NCBI GenBank assembly: GCA_965237525.1
Contig: CBDEFO010000004.1
Coordinates: 1-64,000 of the forward strand
Direction of reading: 5' to 3'
Origin: Candidatus Latescibacterota bacterium
GTDB taxonomy: Bacteria > Latescibacterota > CBDEFO01
Length of the DNA: 64,000 bases
Shown piece after piece: positions 21,066 to 30,239 of the stretch (positions are counted from its first letter, which is position 1; the number at the start of each line of letters is the position of its first letter). The notes beneath the pieces are model-generated. The model was not told the DNA's origin and searched no databases. It worked only from the letters and a program-made list of their open reading frames with translations. The position numbers and the translations under genes are program-made.

Positions 21066-22559
21066 ATGAGGCGACGTCGAACGATCTACTTTAATGATGC
21101 ACGCCATTATTATCTATACGCCTTCGAGCCCCCCATGAAGTTGGAGGACGCCTGGAGGCCGATAGACGAAGTCGCAGGCACCGCCGTTGACACGTTCATC
21201 TACGGAGTCTCAAGCGGCGGACTCTTCTACCCCTCTAAGATTGGAGCACAATGGGGTGGAGATCAAAGTCCATTCGCTTATGCGTGGCGTGCACGGAAGA
21301 ATATGCAGAGCCTGATTGACAGGGGCCTTGACCCACTAACTGTACTCATCGACAGGGCCCATGAGGTAGGTTTGGACTTTTTCGCAAGCCTGCGTATGGG
21401 ATCCTTCAGCGGGAGTGAACCGCACTATCAGATCGGTGTGCCCGGACCGATGGAGGGCTGTCTGAACTTTGCTCATGCAGAGGCGCGCGATCATCAGTTT
21501 GCAGTCCTTGAGGAGCTGGCCACAGAGTATTCTGTAGAGGGGATAGAGCTAGACTTTGGCTATCCCCCGTTCTTCTTCAAGCCCGACGAAGTGGAAAAGC
21601 ACACTCCGTTGATGACAGAGTACGTCGGTAAGATCTCCGAAATGGTCCGGAATAGGCCGGGCGAGCCTGGGCAGGTCGGAGCTCGAGTATTCCCCACCGA
21701 AAAGATGTGCCTTGAGGCGGGACTGGACGTGCGCACGTGGTTTGAGGAGGGAATCGTTGACTTTGTGGTGCCGTTTTTGTACGGCTACTTTATACTTGAC
21801 CCTGACATGCCGATCGATTGGCTCATTCAATCGGCTCACCAAAACGACAGCGCATCTGTCTACGCAGTGCTTCAACCCTACTCAGAAGCCGAGAGCGTAG
21901 GATCTCATCTGAGAAAGTATGCTACACCTGAGATGATGCGAGCTGCTGCGGGAAACTCTTGGGATCGCGGCGCCGATGGTCTCTACACCTGGTTTTTGCG
22001 CTGGCCATTAGGCGATGCGGAACGCAGAATTCTCACGGAGATAGGCAATCCTGAACTATCAAAAGAAGGGGAAAAGCACTATGTCCTGCCGAGGCGGTGC
22101 GAAGCTACAGGTATCGGGCTTGTATATGATGCGGCACTGCCGATTGAAATCCCGTCTGCGGATCCGAACAGACGCTATGAGATCCCCTTCTATATATCAG
22201 ATGATATACAAGGATCTTCTGATCGCGTGCGTGAAGTACGACTTAGGATCAACGTCAGTAATCTGGTGACGGCGGACAATCTTGCGATCCTGCTGAACGG
22301 GAGGTCTCTGTCCAAAGAGACTTGCACGCGCACATACGGCGGACCACACAAGATCGGAGAAAGTAATGTTCCGTACCCCGGTCAGTGGTTGGAATTACAC
22401 TTGGAAGGGGAACGTCCACATAAGGGTGAGAACCTGTTAGAGGTGTCGCTGGAGAAGAGACCCGAGGGGTTCAAAGGAGGAGTGATAATCGAAGATGTGG
22501 AAATCGTAGTCGAATACGGTCCGTATGCGTCCAGCTTGAACTACCAACCGGACTCGTAG
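21066..22559 (+). CDS. Glycoside hydrolase-like 10 family TIM-barrel protein
   Basis: IYFNDARH, FFASLRM, LNFAHAEAR and EGIELDF. Confidence 0.6.
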   Translation: MRRRRTIYFNDARHYYLYAFEPPMKLEDAWRPIDEVAGTAVDTFIYGVSSGGLFYPSKIGAQWGGDQSPFAYAWRARKNMQSLIDRGLDPLTVLIDRAHEVGLDFFASLRMGSFSGSEPHYQIGVPGPMEGCLNFAHAEARDHQFAVLEELATEYSVEGIELDFGYPPFFFKPDEVEKHTPLMTEYVGKISEMVRNRPGEPGQVGARVFPTEKMCLEAGLDVRTWFEEGIVDFVVPFLYGYFILDPDMPIDWLIQSAHQNDSASVYAVLQPYSEAESVGSHLRKYATPEMMRAAAGNSWDRGADGLYTWFLRWPLGDAERRILTEIGNPELSKEGEKHYVLPRRCEATGIGLVYDAALPIEIPSADPNRRYEIPFYISDDIQGSSDRVREVRLRINVSNLVTADNLAILLNGRSLSKETCTRTYGGPHKIGESNVPYPGQWLELHLEGERPHKGENLLEVSLEKRPEGFKGGVIIEDVEIVVEYGPYASSLNYQPDS

Positions 22560-22767
22560 ACCCCCAATTGAATCTATCGGGGGGGATCGGGGGTAGACCT
22601 ATTTCAAAGGCCTCCAGATGGAATAGCCATATGCTGCTGGGGAGAGGTATTTAGATCAGAGAGGAGAGAATCAAATTCGCAAGCCAAGGCAAACCAGGTT
22701 TGTTGGCTCTGAATCAGGATCATCGGATGTGTTCAAGGTAAATCTCTAACGGTAAGGAGGTATCAAA

Positions 22768-23796
22768 ATGGTGAGATTCTGGCATCTGTGGTTATCGGTT
22801 CTTGCGGCTCTTTTAATCGTCGTATCCTTTGAAGCATGGGCTGGAGATATTAAGGGATGGAAGAAGGGAGAGGGCTGGGGCTGGATATGGGGTCCAGATG
22901 ATGAAGTCGGAGCTCTGAACGCCATGACCGAAAAGAGTGTGTTAAAGGCTGTTAAACTGGTAGAGAAAGGCAAGGTCTACGATCTGGGGATCTTGTACGA
23001 CAGGACATCGTATAAGTGGCCGGGACATTCTCCAGGAGAAATCATATCTTTCAGGACCCCTGAGGGCGTAAAGAGACAGCAGGATCTCCCGTTTGTTGCG
23101 CCCCCGGTAAATCCCGCTGGGCTTGCCTGGCACAGCAACGCTCTTTTTCTGTCGGACAACGTGGCCACGCAGATAGACGGTCTGGGACACGTCACTGTGG
23201 GGGAGGATAATCACTGGTACAACGGGTTCAAAGAGGAGGATTGGGGAGGAAATTGGGGGCCGAGGAAGGCAGGAGCCGAGAACATCCCTCCTGTCGTGAC
23301 AAGGGGCGTGATGATAGATGTTGCAAAGTTCAAGGGCCAAGAGGCTTTAGCGAGTGGATATGGCATCACACCGGATGACCTGAGTGGGGCTTTAAAAAAG
23401 CAGGGTGTGGAGCTGCAGCCGGGGGACACTGTGTTGATAAGGACGGGGACTCTAAGATATTGGGGCGAAACGGGTGCAGATCACCAGAAGATAGAAGCTC
23501 ACGACAGAGCAGGGATAAATCTGGCTTCGGCCAAGTGGCTGGTGGAGGACAAGGGGGCGATTATGATAGGATCTGACACGTCCGGCCTCGAACAGCAGCC
23601 TCCACCCCAGGGGAGCACAAGTTTTGTGCCTGCACATGAGTACCTCTTGATAGAACAGGGAGTACACATAGCTGAGTTTCACTATTTAGAGGATCTGGCA
23701 AAAGATGAGGTCTATGAATTCCTCTACATAGGTGTCACAAATAAAATAAAGGGCGCTACTGCAGGATTTACAATGAGGCCCATTGCGATAAGATAG
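22768..23796 (+). CDS. Secreted cyclase / kynurenine formamidase-family protein
   Basis: Signal peptide, WGPDDEVGALN, TQIDGLGH, GDTVLIRTG and GSDT. Confidence 0.85.
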   Translation: MVRFWHLWLSVLAALLIVVSFEAWAGDIKGWKKGEGWGWIWGPDDEVGALNAMTEKSVLKAVKLVEKGKVYDLGILYDRTSYKWPGHSPGEIISFRTPEGVKRQQDLPFVAPPVNPAGLAWHSNALFLSDNVATQIDGLGHVTVGEDNHWYNGFKEEDWGGNWGPRKAGAENIPPVVTRGVMIDVAKFKGQEALASGYGITPDDLSGALKKQGVELQPGDTVLIRTGTLRYWGETGADHQKIEAHDRAGINLASAKWLVEDKGAIMIGSDTSGLEQQPPPQGSTSFVPAHEYLLIEQGVHIAEFHYLEDLAKDEVYEFLYIGVTNKIKGATAGFTMRPIAIR

Positions 23797-23824
23797 TTGA
23801 TAGAAGGTACGAACGCAAAAGTTT

Positions 23825-23857
23825 AGCCCCGTTCTTTCAGGAGGACGGGGCTTTTTC
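23825..23857 (+). terminator. Rho-independent terminator
   Basis: AGCCCCGTTCTT..GAGGACGGGGCT followed by a T-run after the cyclase gene. Confidence 0.75.
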
Positions 23858-24182
23858 TATCCTCCTCTGTCAAGATTGTTTGTCCAAAGAGTGGAAGCAG
23901 GCAGGGCATACAGGGAACATTTGAAATGGTGTGAAGAGAATAGCCACAAATCGCAAAGTGCCCAGGCTTTCGGTAGATGGATGAGTAAGAGATTTTAAAA
24001 AAGGAGGGAAGGAAAAGATAGAAAGACCTACTACTACGGTACAGCCCTACAGGACGATTTTGACAAGCTCTTCGAGATCCTCCATAACCCTGACTCGAAG
24101 ATAGAAGTTTATGATGCTGTTCCGAAGGAGAATCTGGACATATTTTTGTCAGAGTGACGCGTTTTTCTGAGAAAAACTTTTC

Positions 24183-24437
24183 TAACCTGATTAATTCATA
24201 AACTTGGTACAGTCATTGCGAGGAGCAAAGCGGTCCCCGATTGAGTCTATCGGGTAAGCAATCTCAAGGTTTTATAGTGGTATCCTATGAGAGCCCGAGA
24301 GTATTATATCTACCACAGCATCGAGATTGCTTCGCCTCCGGCTCGCAATGACACCGAAGGCGGTTAAACGTCATAACTATAATATAATACAATCCCTTAA
24401 TTAATACACAGCCTTTTTTTGTGAATTATTCGGGCTA
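24183..24437. repeat. MITE/REPIN-like composite: imperfect terminal IRs around an inverted GTCATTGCGAG..GCAATCTC / GAGATTGC..CTCGCAATGAC pair
   Basis: TAACCTGATTAATTCATAAA versus TTTGTGAATTATTCGGGCTA. The left inner arm is interrupted by the 21-nt palindrome. Related arms lie at 25232-25286, 33003-33034 and 50385. Confidence 0.55.
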
Positions 24438-24522
24438 AAACGTTTAGTTTTTTTGTACAGAAAGTTTATAGGAAATATCGTGTCATCGTGTCACAACAGG
24501 CAGAGAGGTTAAGATGGGCCGA

Positions 24523-25182
24523 CTAACGAAAACGTTGCCGCGAAGGGGTTTTCGGACGTCCTGTGGAGCGCGGTGGTTTGACCATCACCAAAGAATGTGG
24601 GTATTTCATCTTCCACTTTTCCCAGGTCGTGCGCTCTGAAGGGATATCTTTTAAGCAGACTCTTTTCAAAGGGCCGGCAATAGCAACGCCCTTTTGAGTC
24701 CATAAGCTGAAAGTGTTGCGGTCATACATAACCAAAGCGCTATTGCGCAGTATTCCTGACACTCCGAAGGTAAAACTGGTGTCCCTGATCCCACGACTTC
24801 GGGCGATCTCGCGGTCTATTTCGGGGATATGCACGATATCCTTTGCCACGATGGGTCACCATGTCACAGCGATTGGGTCCGAGCCGAGCGAATCGTTGAC
24901 TACTTCGCGGCCATCCAGAAATTTGATCGGATAAGCTTTGGCGATGCCTCTGAGATGTACCCCAATTACTCCGTCAGCGGGATTCAGAAAGCTTTCGGCT
25001 TCCTCGACGCTCACGAATTGCGGGTTACTGATAGCCGCAATAGAGTCAGAAGTTCTGGTGCGGATGGCCTTCCGTACGGATTCTAATTCATTATCTCCCC
25101 GGCCCTCTTGCGCAGAGATCCCTGTAGCACCCAAAAGCGACAGGGTTATGCTCGTAAGGGACAGCAGATTGACAACTCTCAT
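24523..25182 (-). CDS. DUF3179-family protein, probable selenoprotein (in-frame UGA at 24856-24858)
   Basis: Signal peptide, then AKAYP..EVVND..IAVTW-UGA-PIV..FGVSGILRNSALVMYDRNTFSLWTQ..TTWEKWK..P in one frame. A hairpin follows the UGA. Confidence 0.75.
24825..24841 (-). promoter_or_regulatory. Candidate bacterial SECIS hairpin
   Basis: On the minus strand, GGAUAU-CGUGC-AUAUCC begins 14 nt after the UGA, with G at loop position 2. Confidence 0.5.
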
Positions 25183-25452
25183 AATTTGTATCCCGACTTG
25201 ATGACACTGGTTATGGTTAGAATCTTTGAATGAGATTACTTCGCTTCCCTGACCCCCCATAGATTCAATCGGGAACTCGCAATGACATTGCCTTGATCCT
25301 CCTTTTTGGAGAGGGGGGCAATGGGGATCCATCTTCTTACAACCCGCACAAATTTACTCTAATGCTTACTTGATGTCTACAGAATAAGACGCTTAATGAT
25401 TGGGTTTGGTTGCTTATCTACTCTGTATTTGAAGCTGCAGACCCTTCGAAGC

Positions 25453-25481
25453 TTGACATCGGATAGTTCTATCAGTATATT
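25453..25481 (+). promoter_or_regulatory. Sigma70-like promoter with palindromic spacer (possible operator)
   Basis: TTGACA-17 bp-TATATT; the spacer contains GATAG-TT-CTATC. Confidence 0.6.
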
Positions 25482-25543
25482 CTAATCGTCTTTCTACCTT
25501 GCCAGCAACAGAGCGTTTATAAACTACAGAGAAAGGAAATAAG

Positions 25544-26563
25544 ATGTCAGATCTCCTCCTTCCCACAACAGTAGTAGGAAGTTACGCAACGCCCAGTTGG
25601 CTCTGGACTGCCCTGGACGAAATAGACAAGGGCAACTACGGCCAGACAGATATAAAGGAGACCTTCGACGATGCCGTCAACATCGCTATCCTCGACCAGG
25701 AGAAAGCGGGCATAGACATCATAACTGACGGCGAAATGAGGAGGTGGTACTTTGTCCAGAGTTTCTACAGACGCTTCAAGGGAATCGTTCCGGAGCCTCC
25801 GCTCCGTAAGGTCGGACTCTACGGGTACGACAGCCCGCAGCGATGGCTGGCAGAGGAAAAGATCACCGTCCCTGAAGGCCTGGGTATCGTGGAGGAGTTT
25901 GAATACCTCAAGCAGAACACTAACAGAGCCGTAAAAGCAACGTGCCCTGGACCTTTAACTCTTACCATACATATAAGACCCGGTAAGGTCTATAAAGACC
26001 GATTAGAGCTTGCGTGGGAATTTGCGGACGTGGTGAACAAAGAACTCAAAAGCCTCGTCGAGGTCGGAGCGGACTGGATACAACTTGATGAGCCGTCTTA
26101 CGCCATCATCCCCGGGGCCACTAAAGATTGGGTGGAGCTATTCAACAAATCGGTGGAGGGCGTAAACGCAAAGATAGGACTGCACATCTGCTTTGGAAAT
26201 CTTGCCAGCCGCTCCAGAGGAAAGAGGGCATACCGCTGGATGTTCCCCGACCTTCTGGACGCCAGAGTAGACCAGTTCGTTTTTGAATTTGCAAACAGGG
26301 AGATGAGCGAAATAGACATCTATAAGGAGTTCGACGGAGAAAGGGAATTCGGAGCGGGCTTGGTGGACATCAAGTCCTTCTACGTGGAGACTCCCCAGGA
26401 CGTTGCAGAAAGGATAAGGGAGGTTCTGAAATACGTGCCGCCGGAGAAGTTATACATTAACCCCGACTGCGGATTCTTTCAGCTTCCCAGGTGGATCTCC
26501 TTTATCAAGCTTAAAAACATGGTAGAAGGGGCAGAGATCGTAAGAAATGAACTTCAGGGATAG
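25544..26563 (+). CDS. Cobalamin-independent methionine synthase II family (C-terminal domain only)
   Basis: PTTVVGSY, DIITDGEMRR, WIQLDEP, LHICFGN and INPDCG (zinc ligands). Confidence 0.85.
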   Translation: MSDLLLPTTVVGSYATPSWLWTALDEIDKGNYGQTDIKETFDDAVNIAILDQEKAGIDIITDGEMRRWYFVQSFYRRFKGIVPEPPLRKVGLYGYDSPQRWLAEEKITVPEGLGIVEEFEYLKQNTNRAVKATCPGPLTLTIHIRPGKVYKDRLELAWEFADVVNKELKSLVEVGADWIQLDEPSYAIIPGATKDWVELFNKSVEGVNAKIGLHICFGNLASRSRGKRAYRWMFPDLLDARVDQFVFEFANREMSEIDIYKEFDGEREFGAGLVDIKSFYVETPQDVAERIREVLKYVPPEKLYINPDCGFFQLPRWISFIKLKNMVEGAEIVRNELQG

Positions 26564-26572
26564 GAGAATAGA

Positions 26573-26971
26573 GTGAAAGAGAAACCTGAGATCGGAGCTT
26601 ATGCAGAAATCTCCATCAACGTGACTGCAAAGGAGGTCATCACATTTTCGGGCGGGGGTGCTCCGCCTGTCTATTCGACACCCTCGATGATTGACCTTAT
26701 GGAGTTGACCTCCCACAAGGTCTTAGAGCCCTACCTTGAGGAGGGCGAAAACTCCGTCGGGACACAGGTGGAGGTAAAGCACCTTGCGGCCACACCCATT
26801 GGAATGAAGGTGACGGTAAATTCTAAGCTTACAGGAATAGACGGAAGGAAGTGCGTCTTCCAGGTGGAGGCCTTCGATGAAAAGGAGAAGATCGGGGAAG
26901 GAACGCACGAACGCTTCATAATAGACGTGGAAAGATTTGCGTCCAGAGTAAAAGACAAGATCAAGTCATGA
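26573..26971 (+). CDS. Hot-dog thioesterase (FlK-like)
   Basis: VYSTPSMIDLME, SVGTQVEVKHLAATPIG and GEGTHERF. Confidence 0.85.
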   Translation: MKEKPEIGAYAEISINVTAKEVITFSGGGAPPVYSTPSMIDLMELTSHKVLEPYLEEGENSVGTQVEVKHLAATPIGMKVTVNSKLTGIDGRKCVFQVEAFDEKEKIGEGTHERFIIDVERFASRVKDKIKS

Positions 26972-27396
26972 ACCCCCAAGGATTTCACGACCTCAAAGAG
27001 GGAGACATAATCTCCGATGCCGTAACCATCACGGAGCATCACATATCTACAGGGGCTGGGATATTCAAGGACTTTAACCCCATCCACGTAAACAGGGAGT
27101 TTGCAAAGAAGACCAGGTTCAAGTTCCCCATCGCGCACGGCTGTCTGACCGCAGGCGTAATGTGCGGCGTCCTCGGGAACCACCTTTCGAGCAAAGCCGT
27201 AGCCCTCGTCCAGATAGACTTCCGCTTTAGAGCACCCGTCCACGCCGGAGATACCATTACGACAGAGTGGAAGGTAGAATCCAAGGACTTCAAGCCTGAT
27301 AAGAAATCGGGGGTAGTAGCTTTTAGTGGGGTGTCTAAAAACCATGAGCATACGATAGTCGTTGAAGGATATTGTAAAATCCTCGTCTCAGAATAG
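26968..27396 (+). CDS. MaoC-family dehydratase
   Basis: DFNPIHVNREFA..IAHG..FRAPVHAGDTI. Confidence 0.85.
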   Translation: MNPQGFHDLKEGDIISDAVTITEHHISTGAGIFKDFNPIHVNREFAKKTRFKFPIAHGCLTAGVMCGVLGNHLSSKAVALVQIDFRFRAPVHAGDTITTEWKVESKDFKPDKKSGVVAFSGVSKNHEHTIVVEGYCKILVSE

Positions 27397-28980
27397 GTGA
27401 CAGATAGGATTCGTAATATGTTATTGGGCAACATTCTTCGCAGAAACGCGCATTTCAACACATTCAGGGACAAAATAGCCGTCATTTTTGGCGACCGATC
27501 CCTTTCTTATGGACAGCTCAATGAAAAGGTCAACAGCCTCTCCAACGCCCTTATGGACAACGGCGTCAAAAAGGGGGACAGGGTCGCCATCCTGGGCAGA
27601 AACTCCATCGAATACGTAATTGTTTACTTTGCGCTTGCCAAGACAGGTGCCATAATAGTACCCGTAAACTTCTGGTACAAATCCGGAGAGATAAAATATA
27701 CAATCGACCAGTCACAGACCTCTTTGTTCATAGTAAACACTCAATTCTACGATGCCGTAGCTCCCATCCTGTCAGACCTTCGTACTTTGAGAAGGACTAT
27801 CTACTTTGGAGAGAAGGCCGTCACGGGGTCGGCGCCTGACCCCGATGCGATTTACCTTGAGGAACTTATAGACTCCTATCCGTCTGCAGAACCTGAAGTT
27901 GAGATATCCGAAGATGACCCGCATATAATCCTCTACACAAGCGGCACGACCGGTTTTCCGAAAGGGGCTCTTCTTACGCATAAAAACCACTATCTTCACG
28001 CCCTTGCATGGTCTTTGAGGACGGGCAACGTGGAGGAAGACGTAGGGATCATAGTCTATCCTCTCTTCCACACAGGAGGCCCGGACTGCATACTCCTTCC
28101 TCACTTCATAGCGGGAGCCACAGTTGTCATCCTGGATAGAGCAGACCCAGAGGAGATAGTGATCGCGGCCCAAAAGTACAGACTCACCAATATCTTCTGT
28201 GTGCCCACAGTCTGGAGGCGCATGCTCACCCTGGAGGAGGGACACAAATACGATGTGAGCTCGGTGCAAAGGTGTCTCGGCTCATCGGACACACTCCCTG
28301 AGGATCTGTTGGACGGGGTCATGGACCTCTTCAATGCAGACGTCTATGTTACCTACGGCCTCACAGAAGCGGGCTGCGTAATAACGTTCTCAAAGCTCAC
28401 AAGAGATAACAAAGAGAAGATAGGGTCGGTCGGAAAACCTCACCCCTTCGTCGAAATCAGAATAGTGGACGGGGACGGAAACGATGTAAAGGTCGGACAG
28501 GTCGGTGAAGTAATCGCTAAAGGGCCTACGATAATGAAGGGCTACTGGAATATGCCCGATAAAACAGAGGAAGTCCTCAAAGACGGTTGGCTCTACAGCG
28601 GAGATATGGCTTATTATGACGAAGAGGGTTACATCTACATCGCCGGACGCTCGAAGGATATGATCATCAGCGGCGGAGAGAACATATACCCCGTCGAGAT
28701 AGAGAAATTCCTCAAGACACACGAAAAGATAAAGGACACAGCGGTTATCGGAGTGCCTGACAAAGAATGGGGAGAATCGGTACTTGCTGTTGTAGTCCCT
28801 CAGGATGGAGCGGACATTACAGAAGACGAAGTCATAGAATACGTAAGGGAAAATCTTGCAGGATACAAGAAGCCCAGATACGTCGAGTTCGTAGACAGCC
28901 TGCCCGTCACAACGGCCACGAGCAAAGTCCAGAAGCCGGTCTTGAGAGAGATCTATTCGGGAAAATATGGGAATATGTAG
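27397..28980 (+). CDS. Acyl-CoA synthetase (AMP-binding)
   Basis: YTSGTTGFPKG, YGLTE, GWLYSGD and RSKDMIISGGENIYP. Confidence 0.9.
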   Translation: MTDRIRNMLLGNILRRNAHFNTFRDKIAVIFGDRSLSYGQLNEKVNSLSNALMDNGVKKGDRVAILGRNSIEYVIVYFALAKTGAIIVPVNFWYKSGEIKYTIDQSQTSLFIVNTQFYDAVAPILSDLRTLRRTIYFGEKAVTGSAPDPDAIYLEELIDSYPSAEPEVEISEDDPHIILYTSGTTGFPKGALLTHKNHYLHALAWSLRTGNVEEDVGIIVYPLFHTGGPDCILLPHFIAGATVVILDRADPEEIVIAAQKYRLTNIFCVPTVWRRMLTLEEGHKYDVSSVQRCLGSSDTLPEDLLDGVMDLFNADVYVTYGLTEAGCVITFSKLTRDNKEKIGSVGKPHPFVEIRIVDGDGNDVKVGQVGEVIAKGPTIMKGYWNMPDKTEEVLKDGWLYSGDMAYYDEEGYIYIAGRSKDMIISGGENIYPVEIEKFLKTHEKIKDTAVIGVPDKEWGESVLAVVVPQDGADITEDEVIEYVRENLAGYKKPRYVEFVDSLPVTTATSKVQKPVLREIYSGKYGNM

Positions 28981-29147
28981 TTCGCGGTCCCATTTCAGCC
29001 CACCCAGACGGCCGCCACTTCGCTCCGCCTGCTTCGCAAACTTGTGGGACCGTTATGCGCCATTGCCTGCCAGAAATCATCGGACAGACTCAATGAGGGT
29101 GGGAGGCATTATATAGTTGAGATGTGGCCCAAAGGAGAGAAGGCAAT

Positions 29148-29408
29148 ATGGCAAAACGTGAAGCAACAAGCCTGCCTCAGTTCGGGTCCCTGGATGAGCT
29201 GGTGGAGCTCTTTGACAGCCACGATTTGGGTGAATACTTCGATCAAATGCCGGAAGTCGATTTCGAAGTGGACATCAAACGAAAGGGGCATCTAATTGCC
29301 CTTGATGCTGAACTTGCCGACAGACTAACGGCAATTTCCAGGTCAAAACAAACCTCACCCGAGGCGCTTGTCAATGCCTGGGTGCGGGAGAAAATCCTGG
29401 AGCGTTAG
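29148..29408 (+). CDS. CopG/BrnA-like antitoxin
   Basis: LPQFGSLDELVELFDSHDLGEY..LVNAWVREKI. Confidence 0.65.
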   Translation: MAKREATSLPQFGSLDELVELFDSHDLGEYFDQMPEVDFEVDIKRKGHLIALDAELADRLTAISRSKQTSPEALVNAWVREKILER

Positions 29409-29549
29409 AGGGCACATAAGAGATAACCAACGCCGCACAACTGTAGTTCGGGGACAGTGTGCTTGGCGGGACGTCTATTGATCGTAGGTATTTCAGGATA
29501 GCCTTCTCCGGAAAGACCAACCTGATCCGACGAAACGGAGGAAAACAAC

Positions 29550-29942
29550 ATGTTACAGCAAGCAATTGAGGAAACGAACACCCAGTTTTGTGAAGCTGTT
29601 AATGGGGGTAACGCAGCGGCAGTAGCTGCCCTCTACGCTGAGGATGCGAAACTCCTTCCCCCTAACAGTGAAATGGTCAGCGGGAGGCAGGCGATTCAAG
29701 CGTTCTGGGAAGGCGCCTTAGAAATGGGTGTTTGGGATATAAATCTCGAAAGCGTGGACGTAGGTTGCGACGGCGACATGGCATATGAGATCGGCACCTA
29801 CACGCTGAACATTCAGCCAGAGGGTGGCTAGGCCATGACGGACACAGGCAAATATGTAGTAGTCCGGAAACGACAGGCCGATGCCGTGTGGAAGTGGTCC
29901 GTAGACATCTGGAATAGCAGCGTCCCGGCGGCAGGAGAGTAA
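29550..29942 (+). pseudogene. DUF4440/YybH (SnoaL-like) protein with in-frame TAG at 29829-29831
   Basis: AALYAEDAKLLPPNSEMVSGRQAI..AYEIGTY..*..DTGKYVVV.KRQAD..WK..VDIWNS, all in one frame. Confidence 0.75.
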
Positions 29943-30239
29943 CTAACATCAAGCCTATGGTTGGAGCCTTTGAATCGGCCCTCTTTCAAAAGTGACAAAG
30001 CAGAAGGTCCCGGGCCAGGCGTCAAAAGAGCAAATCAGGTCATAGGTCAATCATCATAACGATCGGGTGATCAGTTTCCAATGTCCCTCTTTTGTAAGCG
30101 GCAATTACAAGTAGGGGCGGGCTTACCACGCTCTTACTTTAAGAAGGGGTATGTTCGGATCCAGTCTGTATTTGGATGAAAGGCTGAAGGCATAGCAGAA
30201 GATGGAACATCTTCGCAAAATTTAGTGACGGAGAACGAC

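Noticed and set aside
29829..29831. In-frame TAG as pyrrolysine or a recoded stop
   Set aside because: It falls in a variable loop, is explained by a single CAG/GAG>TAG change, and TAG ends many normal genes here.
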